From positions 8,144 to 72,143 of the forward strand of contig JAVCCW010000030.1 of NCBI GenBank assembly GCA_030765235.1: 64,000 bases of DNA, given 5' to 3'. Under the pieces are notes generated by a model. That model was given only the letters and a program-made list of their open reading frames with translations. It ran no database searches and was not told the origin of the DNA. The stretch is from Candidatus Gorgyraea atricola (GTDB lineage: Bacteria; Omnitrophota; Gorgyraeia; Gorgyraeales; Gorgyraeaceae). The translations under genes were made by a program, and so were the position numbers. Positions 57,536-64,000 of the stretch are shown piece after piece; position 1 is the first letter of the stretch; the number at the start of each line of letters is the position of its first letter.

Positions 57536-58636
57536 TTATGTCTTCTCTTTAAACATCCTCTCTAAATCCTGCACCTCAGTGGTCCTGCCCAGCGCGTCTT
57601 CCTTTGTAATCTGTCCTTGTACAAAAAGATCAAAGAGTGACTGGTTCATTGTCTGCATACCTTCTCTCTGAGCAGTCTGCATAGTAGAATAAACCTGATG
57701 CGCTTTTGATTCCCTGATCTGACTCCGCACCGCAGCGCTGTTCACAAGAACCTCTACTGCCAGCACCCTGTCCTTTCCGGATCGGCTTGGTATCAGCTGC
57801 TGCGACAAAACACCCATCATCACAAACGAGAGCTGTGCCCTGACCTGGGGCTGCTGCCTCGCAGGAAAAACATCGATGATACGATTTATTGTCTGTACGC
57901 TATCTGATGTGTGCAGTGTCGCTAAAACCAGATGGCCTGTCTCTGCAATAGTCAATGCTGCCTCTACTGTCTCGAGATCTCTCATTTCCCCTATCAAGAT
58001 GACATCAGGATCTTCTCTCAGAACATGCTTGAGCGCTTTTGCAAAAGTAAGCGTATCGCTGCCGACCTCTCTTTGGTCTATTATTGACTTCTTATTAGTA
58101 TGTACATACTCTATGGGGTCTTCAACCGTAATTATATGACAATCCTTGCGGCTATTGATCCAGTCTACCATCGAGGCCAGCGTCGTTGATTTTCCACTGC
58201 CAGTAGCGCCTGTAACAAGCACAAGCCCTTTGGGCTTTTCGCAGAAGCCCTCCATTACATTTATTGGCAGGCCGCATTCTTCAAAACTCCGTATCTTAAA
58301 AGGCAATGCCCTGATAGCAGCGCCAACGTATCCCCTCTGCCAAAACACATTGACCCTGAATCTGCCAAATTCTTCTTTAGTAAACGCGAAATCCAACTCT
58401 CTGTCTCTTTCAAAGTGCGCCTTCTGCTCATTGGTAAGAATAGAATATATTAAATCCTTTGACGAATTCTCAGTCAATTCCTTCTCGCTAAGCGCCACAA
58501 GGCCCCCATGCACTCTTAGATGCGGGACAGACCCGACTCCCAAATGTAGATCCGATGCATTCTGTTTTACCATCTCCTTCAGTAATTGATTTAGATCTAT
58601 TGCCATGCAATTCTCCTTTCGATATTCACACCACAA
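57536..58636 (-). CDS. pilT: twitching-motility retraction ATPase
   Basis: GLVLVTGATGSGKSTT Walker A, PilT AIRALPF-like and GEMRD motifs; ~356 aa from MAIDLNQLL. Confidence 0.85.
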   Translation of the reverse strand: MWCEYRKENCMAIDLNQLLKEMVKQNASDLHLGVGSVPHLRVHGGLVALSEKELTENSSKDLIYSILTNEQKAHFERDRELDFAFTKEEFGRFRVNVFWQRGYVGAAIRALPFKIRSFEECGLPINVMEGFCEKPKGLVLVTGATGSGKSTTLASMVDWINSRKDCHIITVEDPIEYVHTNKKSIIDQREVGSDTLTFAKALKHVLREDPDVILIGEMRDLETVEAALTIAETGHLVLATLHTSDSVQTINRIIDVFPARQQPQVRAQLSFVMMGVLSQQLIPSRSGKDRVLAVEVLVNSAAVRSQIRESKAHQVYSTMQTAQREGMQTMNQSLFDLFVQGQITKEDALGRTTEVQDLERMFKEKT

Positions 58637-60038
58637 CCCTGTTTTTACCTAATGATTTCGCGCTCTTAATAAGCTCCTCTGCCTTTTTCATAAGCTCATC
58701 TGCGCTTGAACCATCTATGGGATTCTCGCTCACGGCTATACTTACAGTCAGTTTCCCGCTGATCTCCATAAGTTTTGCAAGTCCAGATTCTACTTTTTTC
58801 TTTATCTCCTCTGCAACGTTTGCAACTTGTTTTTTATTTTTCTCAGGAACAATTATTGCAAACCTGTCTGTGGACAGGCGGCCGACTTTATCTACCGCTG
58901 TCACGCTGCTATTGAGCATCTCACCTAAACATTTTAGCAGAGTCTCTGCTTTTGATTCGCCAAAGCGCTCGTTAAAATCTTTAAAATTATCAATATCTAC
59001 GAGCAGATAACCGCATGGCCTCTGGTAAAGACACGCCCTTTTTATTTCTTCGTCAAGCCTTGCATGTATAAAACCTTCGTTGTAAAGTCCTGTTAATTCA
59101 TCCTTTACTGCGAGCTCCTTTGCTTTCTTTACCAGGATATCGTTCTCAACGGCTATTGTAACCTGTTTAACAAATATCCTCAGAAGCTCCTTTTCGTCTT
59201 CTTTGAACAGAAAATCCTCTTTTGCATTGCCTAACACGAGCATGCCGTAAGGCCTTCTGGAAATAACTATTGGAAGGATAGCAATGTTTTTCAAACCAAG
59301 CGAGGCGATAATCTTATTCGCTGCTATACTCCTAGGCTTCGAAGCCTTATCTATAATAAGCATATCTGTAACAAGATCACCTCTCTTAAGCACTAATTCA
59401 CTCACTCTCTTTTTTTCAATATTTGACTGTGAAAATACCCCGGGTTCTCCTGAAACGCTGTCCGGCAGCATAATAAACGAGCAAGAACCGTTCCCGAGCT
59501 CTGATATCTTTTGCGATATAAAATCAAGGATCCTTAGAAGATCCGTTGAAGAAGATATGAGATTGCCTACCTGCAAAAGCCCTGAAAGCGCAAGTACCTT
59601 CTTATTTATCTCCATATTGATCAACTTTGTCTTTTCACCATAGTTCTTCAGCTCTTCTATGTTATCCTTGATCTTCTGCGTCATAATATTTAAAGACATT
59701 GATAGCTCACCGATCTCGTCCTCGCGATCCACCTTGATCACTCTCTCCATGTCTCCTTCTGCGATTCCCCTTGCGTCAACCGCCATCTGGACCACAGGAT
59801 CTATCATCTGCTTTGTCGTATACAGCCCAAGAAGGGATATAATAATAGATATAACCAATATTAGACTTATATTGCCCAGTGAGAGACCAAGAAATAAAGC
59901 AATGTTAGGAAAGATGTAAGTCGTAACAAGCCATACGCATATCAAAAGCGGTATAAGCGACATCAGAGAAAAGGCGATCATCGTCTTGTACTTCAAACCT
60001 TTAGGAACCAGGGACATCTTTTTCAAGAAATTAATCAT
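58626..60038 (-). CDS. membrane protein with HAMP, GAF and a degenerate GGDEF domain
   Basis: Two N-terminal TM segments; HAMP-like IMTQKIKDNIEEL; GGDEF fold (LTGLYNEGF...DIDNFKDFNERFGESKAETLL) but the signature reads GRLSTDRF instead of GGDEF/GGEEF. Confidence 0.65.
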   Translation of the reverse strand: MINFLKKMSLVPKGLKYKTMIAFSLMSLIPLLICVWLVTTYIFPNIALFLGLSLGNISLILVISIIISLLGLYTTKQMIDPVVQMAVDARGIAEGDMERVIKVDREDEIGELSMSLNIMTQKIKDNIEELKNYGEKTKLINMEINKKVLALSGLLQVGNLISSSTDLLRILDFISQKISELGNGSCSFIMLPDSVSGEPGVFSQSNIEKKRVSELVLKRGDLVTDMLIIDKASKPRSIAANKIIASLGLKNIAILPIVISRRPYGMLVLGNAKEDFLFKEDEKELLRIFVKQVTIAVENDILVKKAKELAVKDELTGLYNEGFIHARLDEEIKRACLYQRPCGYLLVDIDNFKDFNERFGESKAETLLKCLGEMLNSSVTAVDKVGRLSTDRFAIIVPEKNKKQVANVAEEIKKKVESGLAKLMEISGKLTVSIAVSENPIDGSSADELMKKAEELIKSAKSLGKNRVVV

Positions 60039-60092
60039 ATTAACCTCCGTTTATCTTCATTTACTTTAGTATACATTACAACTCATCTAACT

Positions 60093-61676
60093 TCAAGCAA
60101 CAATAAAGCTCCAGGGAAACTTAGTATCTCTGTTTTTAGTCAGGTACGGATCTGGATTAATTCCAGATTCTTCAAAGCATTGCAGCCAGAGATCGTAGTT
60201 AAAATGCTCTGTCCATGCCTGAAGTCTGGCACCCTTTTGCCAGGCCATTTGTATAACCTGGCCTACTTTCCTGTCTCCCCTGGATAAAATCGCTTCGATC
60301 CTGCTCATGCGAAGATCATGAAAATCCATTCTTATTTTTGTCTTTGAACGTAAATATTCTCTTTTATTTTTCAACACTTCTATATCTTCCATGCCTTCTC
60401 TTTCAAATTCCGAATGCGGCTTTGGTATAAATGGAGAGATGCTCAGGTTGACTCTTTTTATGCTCGAGGCAAGCTCTATGATCGCGTCTAAATCCTCTTC
60501 TCTTTCACCTGGCAGCCCTATCATAAAATAAAGTTTGACCTTTTTCCATCCTGATTTAAGCGCGATCTCAGATCTCTGTATTATATCTTTATTTTCAATA
60601 TCCTTGTTCAAAAGTTTCCTTAATCGATCACTGCCGGATTCTGGCGCGAATGTCAATCCAGCCCTTTTCACAACACCACCTGCCTTGCCAGCATCAAAAC
60701 TTTTGACCCTAAGAGAGGGTAAGGATATCTTTATGCCCAGCGGTTTAAACTTCTCCCCTAACTTTCCAACAAGTTCCTCGAGATATGGATAATTTCCGCT
60801 GGAAAGAGATAAAAGTGAGATCTCTTCATACCCTGTGCTTTTTATTGACTCTTCTGCTATTTCCAAAATCCTTTTTACTGAGCGTATGCGAAGAGGTTGA
60901 AATATTTTACACGCCTGACAAAACCTGCAGCGGTGTGGACATCCACGCATGATCTCAATACTGATCCTATCATGCACGATCTGAAGATACGGGACGATCG
61001 GATCTGTAGGAAAATACGCGCTGTCGAGATCCCCTATGATGCGCTTCGTGATATTTGATGCCCGATATGTTGGAACGTACACACCTTTAATCTTCGCAAG
61101 CTCTCTCAACACCTTGTCCCTTGTCCCGCCTGTCCCGAGCGAAGTCGAGGGATGTCCCTTGTCCCTAATAATGCCCGTAATCTCAAGTACCGCCTCTTCA
61201 GCCTCGCCGATCACAAACGCATCGACAAAGTCTGCCATTGGCTCAGGATTAAACGCGCATGGCCCGCCAGCTATGACCAATGGATGCTCGTCTCCTCTAT
61301 CAGCGCTACGAAGCGGGATCTCGCCGAGCTCTAAAATATTCAAGACATCCACAAAACTCATCTCGTACTGGAGAGAAAAGCCAAGTATGTCAAAATCCTT
61401 CAGCGGCCTTCTGCTTTCCAGCGACGTAAGCACAGTCCCTTCCGTTCTCATCTTTCGCTCCATGTCAACCCACGGCGAAAACACCCGCTCACAAAGAATA
61501 TCCTTTTTGCTATTCAAGAGACCGTATATTATCTTCATCCCCAAATGACTCATACCTATTTCGTATATATCAGGAAAACAAAGCGCCACCTTTAACCTGT
61601 CACTCGTCCATTCCTTATGGACAGCATTCCACTCCTTATTTATATATCTGCCTGGTTTTAAAATAGTTTTCTCCAT
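60093..61676 (-). CDS. radical SAM protein, TIGR03960-like (usual partner of DUF2344 next to rng)
   Basis: B12-like N-terminal domain, CPHRCRFCQA motif, ~527 aa; carries a palindromic-element insert. Confidence 0.75.
   Translation of the reverse strand: MEKTILKPGRYINKEWNAVHKEWTSDRLKVALCFPDIYEIGMSHLGMKIIYGLLNSKKDILCERVFSPWVDMERKMRTEGTVLTSLESRRPLKDFDILGFSLQYEMSFVDVLNILELGEIPLRSADRGDEHPLVIAGGPCAFNPEPMADFVDAFVIGEAEEAVLEITGIIRDKGHPSTSLGTGGTRDKVLRELAKIKGVYVPTYRASNITKRIIGDLDSAYFPTDPIVPYLQIVHDRISIEIMRGCPHRCRFCQACKIFQPLRIRSVKRILEIAEESIKSTGYEEISLLSLSSGNYPYLEELVGKLGEKFKPLGIKISLPSLRVKSFDAGKAGGVVKRAGLTFAPESGSDRLRKLLNKDIENKDIIQRSEIALKSGWKKVKLYFMIGLPGEREEDLDAIIELASSIKRVNLSISPFIPKPHSEFEREGMEDIEVLKNKREYLRSKTKIRMDFHDLRMSRIEAILSRGDRKVGQVIQMAWQKGARLQAWTEHFNYDLWLQCFEESGINPDPYLTKNRDTKFPWSFIVA
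61112..61165. repeat. heptamer plus CGCCTGTCCCGAGCGAAGTCGAGGGATGTCCC module, in frame in the TIGR03960 radical SAM gene
   Basis: Reads DKGHPSTSLGTGGTRDK. Confidence 0.7.
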
Positions 61677-61683
61677 ATGAAGT

Positions 61684-61727
61684 AAAAGCCGAGGCTGGAC
61701 CTCGGCTTTTCCGAGGTCCAGCCTCTA
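61684..61727. repeat. paired AGCCGAGGCTGGACCTCGGCT-family hairpins between rodA and the TIGR03960 radical SAM gene
   Basis: AAAAGCCGAGGCTGGACCTCGGCTTTTCCGAGGTCCAGCCTC. Confidence 0.6.
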
Positions 61728-62804
61728 CCTGTGTATTGCTATGCTCTGCAAGAGGCCCAGCGCCATCATTGTGACCAAAAGTGATGAGCCGCCGTAACTC
61801 ACAAGAGGCAAAGGTAGTCCCACAACTGGCATAAATCCCATGGTCATACTCAGATTTACAATTACCTGCACGCCTATCATCGTCAATAGTCCTGCAGCCA
61901 GAAGCCTGCCGCAGGGATCAGTAGTCTTTTCAACTATAGCCATTGCCCGTCTTATTAAAATATAATAAAGGGCGATTAAAACAATGCCCCCGAAAAATCC
62001 CCATTCTTCTCCTGCTACAGAAAATATAAAATCTGTATGCCTTTCTGCCAGAAAATTTAACTGGTTTTGCGTGCCAGCCAGCCAACCCTTTCCAAAAATC
62101 CCCCCTGAACCTATGGCTATCTTCGACTGGATAATCGTATAGCCAGCGCCTAACGGATCCACGCCAGGATCAATGAACACCAGGAGTCTTTCCTTCTGAT
62201 AGTCCTTTAATAAAAACCACGCTAACGGAGATAGTAAAACGCCAGCGCCTATCATAGAAAATAAATATTTAATTGGCGCGCCCCAGACGTACAACAACAT
62301 AAATAATATCGGGACAAAGATAAGCGCAGTCCCTAGATCAGGCTCTTTAAGTATGAGAATAAACGGGGCTATTGTCATGAGTAAAGGTACGAAAATATTC
62401 TTAAGCCTCGCGTAGGCTTTATGAGTCGTGAGATACTGCACGAGCGCCAGCGTTATAAAAAGCTTTCCAAATTCAGAAGGCTGGATATTAAAAGCGCCTA
62501 TTGCAAGCCACCTTTGCGCGCCAAGCCTGCGACTGCCAAATAAAAGCACAGCAAAAAGAAGCGCTATCGTCAGAAAATAAAATATATTTCCTATTCCCAC
62601 GATCTTTCTGTAGTTTACGTTTATCATCCACATAAATATCAAAGACCCCAGCAAAAACCAAACTACCTGCCTCAACACAAAACCCCCATTATAAGGATAT
62701 GTAGCGCTAAATAAAAACAAAAGCCCTAGCGCAAAAATCCCCAGAGCGCTCCCCATCAACACCCAATCAAAACCCTTATACTTTTTCAAGTCTAATTTAA
62801 GCAT
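61725..62804 (-). CDS. rodA: SEDS-family peptidoglycan glycosyltransferase (RodA/FtsW); RodA favoured by adjacency to mrdA
   Basis: 10-TM FtsW/RodA/SpoVE topology; conserved VSYGGSSLL near the C-terminus. Confidence 0.8.
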   Translation of the reverse strand: MLKLDLKKYKGFDWVLMGSALGIFALGLLFLFSATYPYNGGFVLRQVVWFLLGSLIFMWMINVNYRKIVGIGNIFYFLTIALLFAVLLFGSRRLGAQRWLAIGAFNIQPSEFGKLFITLALVQYLTTHKAYARLKNIFVPLLMTIAPFILILKEPDLGTALIFVPILFMLLYVWGAPIKYLFSMIGAGVLLSPLAWFLLKDYQKERLLVFIDPGVDPLGAGYTIIQSKIAIGSGGIFGKGWLAGTQNQLNFLAERHTDFIFSVAGEEWGFFGGIVLIALYYILIRRAMAIVEKTTDPCGRLLAAGLLTMIGVQVIVNLSMTMGFMPVVGLPLPLVSYGGSSLLVTMMALGLLQSIAIHR

Positions 62805-62807
62805 ATT

Positions 62808-62908
62808 CGTTTAGCCCGTTTGCCCGTTTGCCCGTTTGCCCGTTTAGCCCGTTACCCGTTGACCGACGAAACGGGCAAACGGGCTAAACGGGCAACGGGC
62901 TAACGGGT
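62808..62908. repeat. inverted tandem (GCCCGTTT)n ... (AAACGGGC)n array between rodA and mrdA
   Basis: CGTTTAGCCCGTTTGCCCGTTTGCCCGTTTGCCCGTTTAGCCCGTTACCCGTTGACCGACGAAACGGGCAAACGGGCTAAACGGGCAACGGGCTAACGGG. Confidence 0.75.
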
Positions 62909-64000
62909 ATACCAGTATTCTATCGCCTTTCTCGCGATAAGCGCGGCAACATCACCGCCTGATCCGCCGTGTTCCAAAAAAACTACAAAACTAATCTCGG
63001 GTTTTTCATAAGGCGCGAATCCAGCAAACCACGCATGCGTCCTCAGGTCTCCCCCGGCCTGAGAAGTGCCGGTCTTGCCAGCAATAGAAACGTCACTGCT
63101 CCATGCCCGAAACCCTGTGCCGTCCTTATCATCGACAACGCCCCTCATCGCGCTTCTGATCAATTGTAGATTTTTTTCCTGCAGCTTTAACTTTATCTTC
63201 CTGGGCTTTCTCTCCAATATATGCGGTTCAATAAGATAGCCTCCGTTTGCCACAGCTGCTACCATGCGAACTATCTGTAAAGGCGTAACAAGCACATAAC
63301 CCTGACCTATTGAAAGATTCGCAGTGTCACCCGCATACCAGCTTTCTCTTCTCTCTGTCTTCTTCCATGCCCGCGATGGCAAAAAACCCTGCATCTCACC
63401 CAAAAGCTCTATACGCATCTTTTTCCCAAAGCCTAAACTCTTAGCATATTCCAAAATCTTTTCAGCACCTATTGAAAGTCCCACGTTATAAAAATAAATA
63501 TTGCACGACTGCGCAATCGCATCTCTAATATGCATCGCTCCATGACCGTCCCTATTCCAGCAGTGAAAATTGCCTGCACCGACCTTTAATCTTCCCCGGC
63601 AAAGAAAATCCGTCTCTGGCGTTATTTTATCAGACTCCAGGCCCGCAAGCGCAACAACTATTTTAAAAATTGAACCGGGTGGATATTGGCCCATGATAGC
63701 CCTATTTAAAAGAGGCGCATCGCTGTCGTTAAGGACGCTAAGGATCGAACCTCCGGGATCATAAGAAGGTGTGCTGACCATAGCCAGGATCTCCCCGCTC
63801 GAAACATCCATAAAGACTGCTGCGCCTTTTTTTTCTTTCATCGCTCTCCATAAAAAATTCTGCAGTTTCGCGTCTATTGTAAGAGAGATATCATTGCCCT
63901 TCCTTGGCCTTTTAAAATTCAAGATCTTCACCTGTCGGCCGCGATTATCAACCTGCACCTGCATGCCTCCATCCCTGCCACGCAGATGACCATCAATAAC
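62900..64000 (-). CDS. mrdA: penicillin-binding protein 2 (transpeptidase), 5' part beyond window end
   Basis: Transpeptidase motifs SIFKIV (SxxK), SCN, KTGT. Confidence 0.8.
   Translation of the reverse strand, partial: VIDGHLRGRDGGMQVQVDNRGRQVKILNFKRPRKGNDISLTIDAKLQNFLWRAMKEKKGAAVFMDVSSGEILAMVSTPSYDPGGSILSVLNDSDAPLLNRAIMGQYPPGSIFKIVVALAGLESDKITPETDFLCRGRLKVGAGNFHCWNRDGHGAMHIRDAIAQSCNIYFYNVGLSIGAEKILEYAKSLGFGKKMRIELLGEMQGFLPSRAWKKTERRESWYAGDTANLSIGQGYVLVTPLQIVRMVAAVANGGYLIEPHILERKPRKIKLKLQEKNLQLIRSAMRGVVDDKDGTGFRAWSSDVSIAGKTGTSQAGGDLRTHAWFAGFAPYEKPEISFVVFLEHGGSGGDVAALIARKAIEYWYTR

Noticed and set aside
58146-59010. Plus-strand ORFs 58146-58589 and 58555-59010 near the pilT/GGDEF junction
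   Set aside because: Antisense to pilT and the GGDEF-like gene; no recognisable domains.

Overview
This is a 64-kb chromosomal segment of a moderately AT-rich, probably anaerobic bacterium that I cannot assign to a lineage from sequence alone. All ~61 protein genes and the single tRNA lie on the minus strand, tightly packed with many 1-4 nt start/stop overlaps. In order 3' to 5' on the + strand: ftsH (partial), tilS, tRNA-CAU, a TIGR00268/LarE-like PP-loop ATPase, mnmA, nfnBA, coaX, birA, uvrB, nadC, valS, cimA, lysC, a degraded cstA, an ApgM-type mutase-like gene, a phosphorelay (sensor kinase, CheY-like receiver, small ORF, receiver-HD-GYP), a compact lipid-type operon (HTH, FadL, ACP, acyl-AMP ligase, thioester reductase, B12-radical SAM), an HDAC-family hydrolase, trpEGDCF, hisIFAHB, proBA, obg, rpmA, rplU, rng, and a complete type IV pilus locus (pilMNOPQ, two pilins, a 1062-aa secreted protein, pilC, two pilB, a stand-alone MshEN domain, pilT, a degenerate GGDEF protein). 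That pilus locus sits between a DUF2344 gene and its usual radical-SAM partner, and is followed by rodA and mrdA (partial). No CRISPR array, rRNA, transposase or integrase is visible. The most unusual content is at small scale: several short repeat/palindrome families are inserted IN FRAME into housekeeping genes (valS three times, nfnB, hisH, nadC, trpE, hisF, the TIGR03960 radical SAM), reminiscent of Rickettsia palindromic elements. Two of them inside valS look like intrinsic terminators. The same and related hairpins are also intergenic, including inside the trp operon. Functions are inferred from motifs recognised by eye; no database search was possible.
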